Below the pieces are notes generated by a model. That model was not told the DNA's origin. It saw only the letters and a list, made by a program, of their open reading frames with translations, and did not search any database. The position numbers were made by a program, and so were the translations under genes. A stretch of 62,949 nucleotides of DNA, filler included, from Candidatus Rokuibacteriota bacterium (GTDB taxonomy: Bacteria; JAUVQV01; DATDCY01): assembly GCA_031406795.1 (NCBI GenBank). It is 4 parts of 4 records of this genome, joined end to end, with 100 filler letters (N's around TTAATTAATTAA, not from the genome) between each part and the next. Parts side by side here need not be neighbours in the genome. Positions count along the whole stretch, not along the records: positions 21,615 to 49,276 come from JANOHV010000266.1; 3 more parts are not named here. One strand, 5' to 3'. The number at the start of each line of letters is the position of its first letter. Position 1 is the first letter of the stretch. Positions 37,370-46,668 of the stretch are shown one piece after another.

Positions 37370-38482
37370 ATGCGGTATCGCGAGGGGTTGCTCAAGCTGT
37401 TCAGGGAGAATTTCCGACTCAAGAAGTCCGAGCGCGTGCTGGTCTTCGCCGACCTGCCGGACAAGCGGGTGCCGGCCTGGGTGCGCCAGCATCGCTGCGC
37501 GCGCGAGGCGGCCGAGATTGCCGCCGAGTTGGCGGGAGAGGCCACGCTGGTGGAGTACGCACCGACCGGGACGCACGGGGCCGAACCGCCCGCGGGGCTC
37601 TGGGCCGAGTTTTTCGGCGCACCCGCCGTCGAAGCCCTCGAGCGCTCGGGGGCGCTCGCGCGGATCCTCGCGAAGCAGGCGAGCCCGCGGGATCTGGCGG
37701 CGGCCGAGAAGATCCTGCGCGCCGGCGCCGGAGCCGCGCCGCAGGTGGTCGTCGGGCTTTCGCGCTACTCCACCACGCACACCCGGTTTCGCAGCTTCGC
37801 GACCACGCTCGGGCGGAGCCGCTATGCGAGCATGCCCCTGTTCGACCCGCTGATGTTCTCGGGGCCGATGGCGGTCGACTGGGCCGAGGTGGCGCGAAAG
37901 ACGCGGGCCTGCGCCGCCGTGCTCAACAAGGCGGCCCGCGTCGTGGTGCGGGGCGCCAACGGCACCTATCTCAGGATGGATCTCGGCGAGCGGGTCTGTC
38001 ACCCGGATGACGGCCAGCTGCATGCCCCGGGCAAGTACGGCAACCTTCCGGCGGGCGAGGCGTTCCTCGCGCCGCTCGAGGGGACGACGCAGGGAGTGCT
38101 GGTCGCGGAGTGGTCGCAGACCGACAAGCTCAAGCGGCCGCTGGCGCTGTGGGTGCGCGACGGGCTGCTGCACGAGGTCGAAGGCGAGGGTCCGGCCGCC
38201 GAGCTGCTGCGGAACAAAGTGCGCGAGAGCCCGCTCAACGCGAACGTCGCCGAGTTGGGTGTCGGTACGAACGCGGGGGCGAAGCGGCCGGACAACATCC
38301 TGGAGTCCGAGAAGATCCTCGGCACGGTCCACGTGGCCTTCGGCGACAACCACGGTTTCGGCGGGAAGGTCTCGACGCCCTTCCATCAGGACTATGTGGT
38401 CTTCCGCGCTTCGCTGACCGCGGAACTTCCCGGCGGAAGTAAGCGGGAGATCCTGCGCGACGGGAAGTGGCTCCTGAAGTAG
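37370..38482 (+). CDS. M29-like (leucyl) aminopeptidase
   Basis: GNLPAGE, AELGVGTN, ESEKILGTVHVAFG and HQD motifs. Confidence 0.85.
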   Translation: MRYREGLLKLFRENFRLKKSERVLVFADLPDKRVPAWVRQHRCAREAAEIAAELAGEATLVEYAPTGTHGAEPPAGLWAEFFGAPAVEALERSGALARILAKQASPRDLAAAEKILRAGAGAAPQVVVGLSRYSTTHTRFRSFATTLGRSRYASMPLFDPLMFSGPMAVDWAEVARKTRACAAVLNKAARVVVRGANGTYLRMDLGERVCHPDDGQLHAPGKYGNLPAGEAFLAPLEGTTQGVLVAEWSQTDKLKRPLALWVRDGLLHEVEGEGPAAELLRNKVRESPLNANVAELGVGTNAGAKRPDNILESEKILGTVHVAFGDNHGFGGKVSTPFHQDYVVFRASLTAELPGGSKREILRDGKWLLK

Positions 38483-38494
38483 CGCTGCGGTCGC

Positions 38495-39208
38495 TCACCT
38501 CCCCCGCAGCCAGGCGGCGAGCTGGCCGAGCGTCCCTTGGTGATCGGCGAGGGGGGCGAAGCGCGGCGCGGCCTCCTCGCGCTCGGCCAGCCAGGTCGCG
38601 ATGCCCGCGTCCTTCGCGGCCATGTCCATCCGCGGGTCGTCGCCGACCATCAGGCACTGTTCCGGGCGGCGGCCGGTCATCGCGAGAATCTGCCGGTAAT
38701 AACTCGCGTGCGGCTTGGTCCAGAACATGAGTTCCGCGCTGGTCACCAGCGCGAAGGGAACGTCGGCGAGGCCGGCCCAGCGCATCCGTGCCCGGATCGG
38801 GTCCAGAAAGAACAGGGGATTCGTGGCAAGGACCAGCTCAAAGCCCAGGCCGAGCGCCTCGTCCACGAAGGCCCGCGCGCCGGGGATCGGGCGCACGAAC
38901 CGCTGCAAGCGCTCGAACTCCTCGCGGTAGCAGGCGGCGAACCGTGCGCGGGCTTCCGCGGGGGTGCAGCCGACCGCGGATGCGAAGCTTTCGAGGAAGA
39001 CCAGGTCGACCGTCCGGGCGCCGTCGCGCGCCGCCATCATCGCGCGCGCGGCCTCGCCCATTGCCTGCGAAACCCGGCGCGCCTCCCCGGGGCTGCCGAA
39101 CCGGGCCGCCGCCAAAGCAAAGAATGCGTCGAGGAAGCTGCGCATCTCGACGTCGAGCAGCGTGCCGTCGAGGTCGAGCAGCAGGGTCGTGAAGCGCAGG
39201 GAACGCAC
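38495..39208 (-). CDS. HAD-family hydrolase
   Basis: DLDGTL, LATNP, KP and MVGDD...D motifs. Confidence 0.88.
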   Translation of the reverse strand: MRSLRFTTLLLDLDGTLLDVEMRSFLDAFFALAAARFGSPGEARRVSQAMGEAARAMMAARDGARTVDLVFLESFASAVGCTPAEARARFAACYREEFERLQRFVRPIPGARAFVDEALGLGFELVLATNPLFFLDPIRARMRWAGLADVPFALVTSAELMFWTKPHASYYRQILAMTGRRPEQCLMVGDDPRMDMAAKDAGIATWLAEREEAAPRFAPLADHQGTLGQLAAWLRGR

Positions 39209-39211
39209 GCG

Positions 39212-39640
39212 TCAGAGGGTGTAGATTTCGTCGTCGGAGAGGGTCCTGATCCCGTGTTCGCGCAAAACCACGATCGCTTCCGGGATCTTCTCGACTTCGA
39301 CGACGAGCACGGCGCGCCGCTTGTCCTCGATCACGAAGCCGTAGGCGTCCTCGATGTTGATCCCCGCCCGGCTCAGCGCCTGCGTCGCCGCGAGCAGCCC
39401 CCCGGGGCGGTCGTCCATGACGACGGCGACGATCTCGCGCTTGAACACCGAGATGCCGCCGGCCGCGAGCGCGGCGTAGGCTTTCTCCGGGTCGTCGACC
39501 AGCAGCTTGATGATCCCGAAGGCGTCCGCCGTGGCGACCGTGATCGCCCGGATGCTGACCCCTGCCTCACCGAGGATGCGCGAAACCCGCTCGATGCGCC
39601 CCGGCTTGTTCTCGGCGAAGACCGCGATCTGGTGCGCCAT
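39212..39640 (-). CDS. ACT-domain protein
   Basis: QIAVFAENKPG and DDRPGGL...INIE.AY tandem ACT domains. Typical neighbour of paaK. Confidence 0.9.
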   Translation of the reverse strand: MAHQIAVFAENKPGRIERVSRILGEAGVSIRAITVATADAFGIIKLLVDDPEKAYAALAAGGISVFKREIVAVVMDDRPGGLLAATQALSRAGINIEDAYGFVIEDKRRAVLVVEVEKIPEAIVVLREHGIRTLSDDEIYTL

Positions 39641-39665
39641 GGCTCTCCCCTGCGGCGGTGTGCCG

Positions 39666-40991
39666 CTATTTTTCCCGACGGTCCTCGACCCGCACCGCCT
39701 TGCCTTCGGGTTTCGGCAGGCTGCCGTGCTCCAGCAGTTCCACGCGCGCGCTGACGAGGAGTTCCCCGCGCAGGTCGTCCGCGATGCGCCGGCGCAGCGC
39801 CTCCAGTTCGTGCAGGTCGCCGTGGAACGCGTCCGGCTTGAGCTCGGCGCGCACCGTGAACTGATCGAGGTGGTTGATGGTCGCCAGGACGATCAGATAA
39901 TCGCTCCCGAGTTCGGCGAAGCGCATCAGCACGCGCTCGACCTGCACCGGGTAGATGTTCACGCCCTTGACGATGAGCATGTCGTCGGTGCGGCCGGTGA
40001 TGCGCTCGATCCGCCGGTGCGTGCGCCCGCAGGGGCAGGGCTCGGCGCGCAGGCTGGTGATGTCGCGCGTGCGGTAGCGCAGCAGCGGCATCCCCTCGCG
40101 GTTGAGGTTGGTCAGGACCAGTTCGCCGCGCGCGCCGTCGGGAAGGGCCTGCCCGGTTTCCGGGTCGACGATTTCGGCCAGGTAGCTGTCCTCCCAGAGG
40201 TGCAGACCGTCCTGGACCGGGCACTCGAACGCGACGGCCGGGCCATTGAGTTCCGAGAGTCCGTAGCAGTTGTAGGCGCGGATGCCGAAGAGCCCTTCGA
40301 TGCGTTTGCGGGCGGCATCGGAGTGCGGTTCGGCGCCGAGGACGGCCAGGCGCAGGCTGAAACTCTTCGGGTCCTCGCCGGCCTCGTGGAAGGTGTCGAT
40401 CAGCCGCAGGGCGTACGAGGGGATGATGTGCAGCGCCGTGGTGCCGAAGTCCTTCATCAGCGCGATCTGGCGCCGGCTGTTGCCCGCCCCGGCGGGGATG
40501 GTCAGCGCGCCGAGCCGCTCCGAGCCGTAGTGCAGCCCCAGCCCGCCGGTGAAGAGCCCGTAACCCATCATGTTCTGGAAGACGTCGCCGGGGCGCAGGC
40601 CGATCATCCAGAGCGAACGCGCGATCAGGTCGGTCCACGTCGCCAGGTCGCGTCGGGTGTGGAAGACCGCCGTCGGGCGCCCGGTTGTTCCCGAGGAGGA
40701 GTGCAGCCGCACCAGCCGCTCTTTGCCGACGGTGAGCAGCCCGTAGGGGAAGTTCTCGTCCGAGCGCAGGTCGTCCTTGACCGTGAACGGCAGGCGCGCG
40801 AGGTCGGCGAGGGACCGGAAGCTTGCCGGGTCGAAGCCAGCGGAGCGGAAGACCCGGCGGTAGTGCGGCGAGCGGCGGGCGCGGGCGAGAGTCTTCTGCA
40901 GCCGCGCCAGCTGCAGGCGCTCGAGATCGGCGCGGTTCAGCGTCTCGAACTCGGGAGCCCAGTAGGCACGGGAGCGGTCAGCGCGAGCCAT
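39666..40991 (-). CDS. paaK: phenylacetate-CoA ligase
   Basis: HSSSGTTG, YGLFTGGLG, YGLSE, RYRTRD and GRTDDM..KGVN motifs. Confidence 0.92.
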   Translation of the reverse strand: MARADRSRAYWAPEFETLNRADLERLQLARLQKTLARARRSPHYRRVFRSAGFDPASFRSLADLARLPFTVKDDLRSDENFPYGLLTVGKERLVRLHSSSGTTGRPTAVFHTRRDLATWTDLIARSLWMIGLRPGDVFQNMMGYGLFTGGLGLHYGSERLGALTIPAGAGNSRRQIALMKDFGTTALHIIPSYALRLIDTFHEAGEDPKSFSLRLAVLGAEPHSDAARKRIEGLFGIRAYNCYGLSELNGPAVAFECPVQDGLHLWEDSYLAEIVDPETGQALPDGARGELVLTNLNREGMPLLRYRTRDITSLRAEPCPCGRTHRRIERITGRTDDMLIVKGVNIYPVQVERVLMRFAELGSDYLIVLATINHLDQFTVRAELKPDAFHGDLHELEALRRRIADDLRGELLVSARVELLEHGSLPKPEGKAVRVEDRREK

Positions 40992-41104
40992 GTCGGGGAG
41001 GGATTCTAGCGCCCCGGTCGGTGCGATGTCAAAGCCGCGACCGGAGGCGCGAGGCCGGCGGCGCCAGTTGACCGGAACGAGCCGCGTGGTTCATCATCCG
41101 ACGC

Positions 41105-41863
41105 ATGCAGCCCGGAGTGCCTCCGCCGGATCCGGCCGGGATCGCCGAACGCCTGTGTAGACGCCTCGCGGCGGTCAGCGACCAGGAGCAGCGGGCGCGT
41201 TCGCTCGGCAGCCTGTTGTCGCATCACGAGCCCGAGGTGATCGCGGCGGTTCTCGCGCAGATCATCGAGGCGGCCGATCGGCGCCTGCGGGGCGCGGACC
41301 TGCTCGTCAAGGCGATGATCGCGCCGGGGTTGCGGTTCGTGTGGGACGAAAAGCTCGCGCTCCAGGTGGTGGCCTACGCGCGGCGCGACGGTCGCTACGA
41401 CCTGGCCGGGATGTTTCTCGACCTCCCGCCGCTGGACCCGCGCCTCGAGCCGGTGGCGCCGCCGCTGCCGCGGGCGATGGCGAAAGTGCCGCTCGGCGTG
41501 CGGCGGTCGCTGGCGCGGCGCAACGACATCGGCGTGATCGAACGTCTGCTCGGCGATCCCGATCCGGCGGTTCTTCAGAATCTGTTGAACAACCCGAGGA
41601 TCACCGAATTGGAGGTCGTGCGCATGGCGGCGCGCTCGCCGGTGCGTGAAGAGGTGCTCGCGGCGATCTCCCGGCACCCGCGCTGGGGCGTGCGGCATCG
41701 GGTGCGGGTCACCCTCGCCCACAACCCGGGGACACCGACCGGGATCACCCTCGGGCTGCTGCACCTGCTGCTCGATCAGGAACTGGAGGCGCTGGCGAGG
41801 GACGGGCGGCTCTCGCAGGTCATCGTCTCCCGCGCCGAGGCGTTGCTCGCCGGACGCCGATAA
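41105..41863 (+). CDS. hypothetical helical-repeat protein
   Basis: LL.DPDP.V..NLL.NPRITE..V and LAHNP.TP repeats. Clean ORF between known genes. Confidence 0.65.
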   Translation: MQPGVPPPDPAGIAERLCRRLAAVSDQEQRARSLGSLLSHHEPEVIAAVLAQIIEAADRRLRGADLLVKAMIAPGLRFVWDEKLALQVVAYARRDGRYDLAGMFLDLPPLDPRLEPVAPPLPRAMAKVPLGVRRSLARRNDIGVIERLLGDPDPAVLQNLLNNPRITELEVVRMAARSPVREEVLAAISRHPRWGVRHRVRVTLAHNPGTPTGITLGLLHLLLDQELEALARDGRLSQVIVSRAEALLAGRR

Positions 41864-41970
41864 GGGCCCAGCTGCGGCGTTGGGCTTCGCCCCTCGTCGC
41901 TGCGGCGTGCACGAGCACACCTCACTCCTCAGGACTCGCCCGCCTTGCATCTGGACCCTTCTCGGCGTCC
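41852..41970 (+). repeat. family A repeat, full copy containing the upstream gene's stop codon
   Basis: Interior is nearly identical to the reverse complement of 3947-4072. Terminal stem is GGACGCCGA.AAGGG.CCA on both arms. Confidence 0.9.
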
Positions 41971-42029
41971 GGCGGGCCGACTCGCGCCGGGGTCGGGATC
42001 GGGCCGCCGTCATCGGCGAATTTCGCTGG

Positions 42030-43292
42030 TCAATGCTCCTGCGCATGGTTGGGCGGGACATTCGGCCCGCCGCCCTGCACGCGGCTGAGCAGCGCGAGCC
42101 CCGCGACGAAGAAGACTGCGATCGAGAGGATCGCCGGGCGCTGGCTGCCGAAGGCGGCCGACATTTGGCCGAAGAGCAAGGGCCCGACAACGGCGGAGGT
42201 CTTTCCGACGAGCGAGTAGACCCCGAAGTACTCGGCTTCCTTCCCCGCCGGGATGAACTGCGCGAAAAAGGCGCGGGTGCCGGCCTGGACCGACCCGAGT
42301 CCGAGGCCGGCGATGCAGGCCACCCCCCAGAACTGCGTCTTGCCCGCGATGAAGTACGACGAAATAGAGACGATGGCCCAGAGCAGCAGGGAGAGCGAGA
42401 CGACTCTTTTCGGGCCCCAGACGTCGATCGGCCGGGCGAGCGCAAAGGCCCCGAGCAGCGCGGTGACCTGCACCACCAGATACAGAGCGATCAGCTCGCC
42501 CGGTGCGAAGCCGAAGGTCGTCGCGGCGAGGCTGCTCGAAAAGATGATCACGGTGTTGACGCCGTCCTCGTAGATCAGATAGGCCAGCAGGAAGCGCCGC
42601 GCCTGGCGGCGGCCCCAGATCTCGCGAAGGGTTCGCATGGCCCCCGCGTAGCCGCTTCGCGCGGCCGCCGCCGCGCCGAAGCCCGAGCGTTCGTCGCCGG
42701 GGAGCACCAGGAACGCGGGCAGGGAACAGACGGCGAAGAACACGGCGACCATGACCCAGATCGCATCGAAACGGCCGGCCTTGGCCAGCGGCAAGGCGAT
42801 CAGCAGCGCGATGATCGAGCCGGTGTACCCGACCCCGAAACCCCAGCCGGAGACCCGCCCCTGATACTGGGGCGGCGCAATCCGGGGGAGGAAGGAATTA
42901 TAGAAAACCACCCCCCCCTCCATGCCGACGTTGGCCATCAGAATCAGGAAGAAACCGGCGAGGTACGCTCCCGGCTCCAGCAACGTGAAGCCTGCCACGG
43001 CGGCGACGCACGTGGCGGTGTAGACGCCGAGGAGCCGTTTGCGCAGGCCGGCGTGATCGGCGAGACCCCCGACGAATGGCGAGCTGACCGAAACCAGCAG
43101 CATGCTTGCCGAGATCGCCCGCCCCCACCAGAGGTCGCCCTGCCCATCGGCGTTTCCCACGATCATGTTGATGTAGTAAACTTGGAAGACGACCGCGGCG
43201 ATAACGGCTGAGTAGCTGGAGTTCGCGAAATCGAACAGGCACCAGCTGGCGACCTGTTTGCGGTTCAGCTCGGCGACGACGATCTGCCGCAT
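42030..43292 (-). CDS. MFS transporter (UMF1/ATG22-like)
   Basis: SWCLFDFANS, VFYNSFLP, SGWGFGVGY and EYFGVY...GK motifs. Confidence 0.88.
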   Translation of the reverse strand: MRQIVVAELNRKQVASWCLFDFANSSYSAVIAAVVFQVYYINMIVGNADGQGDLWWGRAISASMLLVSVSSPFVGGLADHAGLRKRLLGVYTATCVAAVAGFTLLEPGAYLAGFFLILMANVGMEGGVVFYNSFLPRIAPPQYQGRVSGWGFGVGYTGSIIALLIALPLAKAGRFDAIWVMVAVFFAVCSLPAFLVLPGDERSGFGAAAAARSGYAGAMRTLREIWGRRQARRFLLAYLIYEDGVNTVIIFSSSLAATTFGFAPGELIALYLVVQVTALLGAFALARPIDVWGPKRVVSLSLLLWAIVSISSYFIAGKTQFWGVACIAGLGLGSVQAGTRAFFAQFIPAGKEAEYFGVYSLVGKTSAVVGPLLFGQMSAAFGSQRPAILSIAVFFVAGLALLSRVQGGGPNVPPNHAQEH

Positions 43293-43329
43293 CGTCACCT
43301 CGCGCGCGGCCCGGGTTGCCTCCGCACGG

Positions 43330-44064
43330 CTAGATGAATTCGATTTCGGCATAGAGCGGGAGGTGGTCCGATGCGAACCGCGCCTCCCGCAGGTGCGAGC
43401 GGAACAGATGGAGCACGCGGATGTTGCCGCGGACGTAGACCGCGTCGAGGGCGCGCACCGGCGCCCACGCCGGGAAAGTGCGGGTGGGGCGATGGGGCAC
43501 GCCGAAGCCCGCGGGCTCGAAAAACGCCCTCCCGAGGCGCCCCCAGACGTCGTTGAAGTCCCCGCCGACGATGACCGGCGTCCGCTGCGCAAGTCCGGCG
43601 AATGGATGGTCGGCGAAAAACCGCGACAGCTGCCAGGTGCGCTCGAATCCGGCCAGCCCGAGGTGCAGGTTGAAGACGTGGACTGCGCGCGCGTGCCCGC
43701 CGTGCGTCCCGGGGACGTTCATGACGGCGTACAACGCGCTGCGGTGCTTGCGCCCCGGATAGGTCAGGTCGATGTTGCGCGCCGCCGCGATCGGGAACCG
43801 GCTGAGCACGGCGTTGCCGTAGGACCCGCCGCCGCGGACACGGACGTTCGGGAAGAAGGCCCGGTGCGGCATGCCGAGCGCCGCTCCGAACAACTCGTAC
43901 TGGCGGTCGCGCTGCGAGCGCCTCGCCCCGTCGTCCACCTCCTGGAGCAGCACGACGTCGGGGTCGTAGTGCCCGAGCACGGCCGTGACGCGCTCGGGGC
44001 GGTAGCGCCGATCGATGCCGCCAATGCCCTTGTGGATGTTGTAGGTCAGCAGCTTGAGGCGCAC
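43330..44064 (-). CDS. endonuclease/exonuclease/phosphatase family protein
   Basis: TYNIH, LQEV, GNAVLSR, GDFN and SDHLP motifs. Confidence 0.9.
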   Translation of the reverse strand: MRLKLLTYNIHKGIGGIDRRYRPERVTAVLGHYDPDVVLLQEVDDGARRSQRDRQYELFGAALGMPHRAFFPNVRVRGGGSYGNAVLSRFPIAAARNIDLTYPGRKHRSALYAVMNVPGTHGGHARAVHVFNLHLGLAGFERTWQLSRFFADHPFAGLAQRTPVIVGGDFNDVWGRLGRAFFEPAGFGVPHRPTRTFPAWAPVRALDAVYVRGNIRVLHLFRSHLREARFASDHLPLYAEIEFI

Positions 44065-44098
44065 AGCAGGCCCCGTCGGATCGCCGCCCGCGCGGCGC

Positions 44099-44593
44099 TC
44101 AGTCGACCTTCCTGAAGGCCGGGCGCTTGGCCCCGCAGATCGGGCAGGTGTCGGGCGGCTCGCCTTCGACGGTGTTGCCGCAGACGTCGCAGACCCAGTA
44201 GTCGGTCTGCACGTTGTTTCCGAGGGCGTCGAGCGCTTTCTGGTAGAGCCGCGCGTGGACCTGCTCCACCTCGTTGGCGAGGCGGAAGGAGCGGGCGGCG
44301 GCGCGGTGGCCCTCGGCCTCGGCGTCCGCGATCATGCGCGGGTACATCGACATGAACTCGTGCGTCTCGCCGCCGATGGCCGCGCGCAGGTTCGCCGCGG
44401 TGTCGTGAACCCCGCCGCGGGCGCGCAGATGGGCGAGCGCATGCACCGTCTCGGCCTGGGCTGCCGCCCGGAAGAGCCGCGCCACGGCCGGGTGACCATC
44501 CTTCTCGGCCTGGGCGGCGAAGGCGAGATAGGTGCGGTTGGCCTGCGACTCGCCGGCAAAAGCCTCCTTGAGGTGCGCTTCGGTTTTGCTCAT
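44099..44593 (-). CDS. rubrerythrin
   Basis: AFAGESQA, AETVHA, EQVH and CDVC...CPIC motifs. Confidence 0.93.
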   Translation of the reverse strand: MSKTEAHLKEAFAGESQANRTYLAFAAQAEKDGHPAVARLFRAAAQAETVHALAHLRARGGVHDTAANLRAAIGGETHEFMSMYPRMIADAEAEGHRAAARSFRLANEVEQVHARLYQKALDALGNNVQTDYWVCDVCGNTVEGEPPDTCPICGAKRPAFRKVD

Positions 44594-44696
44594 CGCGATT
44601 CTCCCTCAGTTGCTCTCGATTATTCCGCCGCTGTCATGGTCGGGTGGATTATGCAGCAGTTGCCGGCCGCGCTCAAGGGATGCGCCGGCAGGATGT

Positions 44697-45094
44697 CGGG
44701 CGGGGGTCAACCCCGCCCCTACATCCCAAATCCGCGCGCAACGCGCGGATCAGGAAAGTCAGGCTTGTCACCTGGTCCGGTTTATCCAAGTCGTTGCTCA
44801 TATCTGATCGCAAGGCATGCTTCAAGCGATGCTTGATCTCTGCCACGCTGTGCTTCCTGCAATAAGTCCGGCTTTTTCGGCGGTTGAAATGCTTCCTCTG
44901 CTGCTGGATCCGCGCGTACGCGCGGATCGGGGTGCATGCGGACCGGATTGTTGTCGGGCGAGGATGATTATTGTCGTCGGGGGAGGTTGATTCCCGCGCC
45001 GCACCCGGACCGTTCTTCCGTAGGGACGGGGTTGATCCCCGCCTGGGCGCCGCCCGGACCGTCTTTCCGTAGGGGCGGGGTTGATCCCCGCCCG
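44697..45094. repeat. REP cluster (family C): copies at 44697-44722 (reverse), 44976-45001, 45020-45045 and 45069-45094
   Basis: GTAG-headed palindrome GTAGGGGCGGGGTTGATCCCCGCCCG. The last two copies lie in a 49-bp tandem unit. Confidence 0.85.
44725..44932. repeat. family B ~200-nt repeat, copy 2 (MITE-like)
   Basis: Both ends are the self-palindrome ATCCGCGCG-N1/2-ACGCGCGGATC. Homologous to 33947-34140. Confidence 0.75.
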
Positions 45095-45113
45095 TGCTGC
45101 GGATCGACCCTTT

Positions 45114-46580
45114 TCAGCGGTCGGCCACCCTGATGCCGCGGCGCTCCAGAAGCGTCCCCTCGAGCCGGTAGCACTCCACGAGGGCCTTGAGCAGGTCGAC
45201 GGCGGCGGTCGTCTCGTCGTTTTCGGCCTGGAGCAGGTCGCGCTGCGCCTGCGCGACCAGGAAGGCCGTCGACTTTCCCACCCGGAACTACACGGTTACG
45301 GCGCGCAGTTTCTCGTCCAGGAGCCGGTGTGTGGCGGCGGTCGCCGCGACCTGCTCGCGCAGGCGACCGGCCTCGATCCAGGCGCCGCGCACATCGACCT
45401 CGACGAGTTGGGCGAGGTTCTCGAGGGAGATTTCCGTCTGCCGGTGCGAGAGGACGGCGCGGCGCTCGTTTGCTCGCGCGGCACTATTGCCGAGCGGCAT
45501 GCGCAGGGTCAACCCCGCGGTGATGTCGTGCCCGTCACCCACGTCGAAGCTGCCGCCGAAGGACGCCGCGTATCCGGTGGCGCCGAGCGAAATAAAGAGA
45601 TCCAGGCGCGGCAGAAGCCCGTTGCGGGTTTGCTGCAGCAACAGCTCGCCGCTCTCGAGCTGCAGGCGGGCCTGGGCCAACTCCGGGCGCCGCCGCAGGG
45701 CCAGCGCGACGCGATCCTCGATGGCGGCAGGGTCGTCGTCGGGAAGCGCGGGCAGGTCGGTGATCGTGATCTCCCGGCTCAACGCCGCGGCACCGGGCGG
45801 GTTGATCAGCCGCAACAGCTTGAGACGCCCGGCTTCGCGCGCGCTCCGCGCGTTGATCAGCGCTTCGCGCCGCAGGGCGACTTCGGCCTCGGCAGCCGCC
45901 TGCTCGATTTCCGCCATCCGGCCCACGGCAATGCGCTCGCGCACCTCGGCGAGCTGGGCCTCGGCGATGCCGAGCGAACGTTCAACGATCGCGATTCGGC
46001 GGATGGCGAGCAGATAGTCCCAGCAGGCAAGCTCGACCTGGGCGACCAGGCTCTCGGTGAAACCCTGAAGCTCCGCGCGCGAGAACGCCGTCTCGAGCCG
46101 CGCCTGCCGGACCGCGGCGAGGTTGGCGTCGGTCCCCCGTCCCTGAAGCAGGGCCTGGGTCAGGCTGACGCCGAGGCGCGTGGACGCGCTGTCGGCGGAG
46201 CCGGAGCGCGAGGTGTCCAAGTCGACCCCGAGCGTGGTTCCGGTTGCGAAAAGGCGGCTGGCGCCGAGCGTGAGACGCTGGGAGTCGTTCGTCTCCAGGG
46301 TGCCCGCGCCACCCTGCGGGCTGCGGGTCGACGAGCCGGTGATCTGGCCGTCGATCGTGGTGTCGAAGGGCGCCTCGGCCGAGAGTTCACCGAGCTGCGT
46401 GATCGCCGGGGCGATGCGCTGCATCTCCAGACTCCGGTTGTTGGCCAGGCTGCCGAGCACCGCCTCGGCGATGCTCAGAATCAGAGGCCCGCCGGGGGGC
46501 GCCCCGGCGGCGCCCGCCGTCGCGCACAGCCATGGGGCACAGGACAGAAGCAGCGTCAGAACGGTCGTTAACCTTCTCAC
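45114..46580 (-). CDS. TolC-family outer-membrane protein interrupted by an in-frame TAG at 45288-45290
   Basis: Signal peptide and OEP repeats (AL.RRPEL, LLPRLDL). The frame continues past the stop as FRVGKSTAFLVAQAQRDL to TGA at 45114. Confidence 0.8.
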
Positions 46581-46668
46581 GGTATTAGCTCCAGTCTCGA
46601 AGTTGGAACCATCTGATATCCGCCGTCAAGGCGCGACGGTGACGCCTTCGCATATTCGTCACCCCCGG

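Noticed and set aside
44976-45094. Mini CRISPR array
   Set aside because: The spacers are near-identical, copies occur inverted elsewhere and there are no cas genes. It fits REPs better.
45279-45305. DGR-type adenine mutagenesis in tolC
   Set aside because: There is no reverse transcriptase or template repeat in the window, and a C-terminal TolC helix is an unlikely target.
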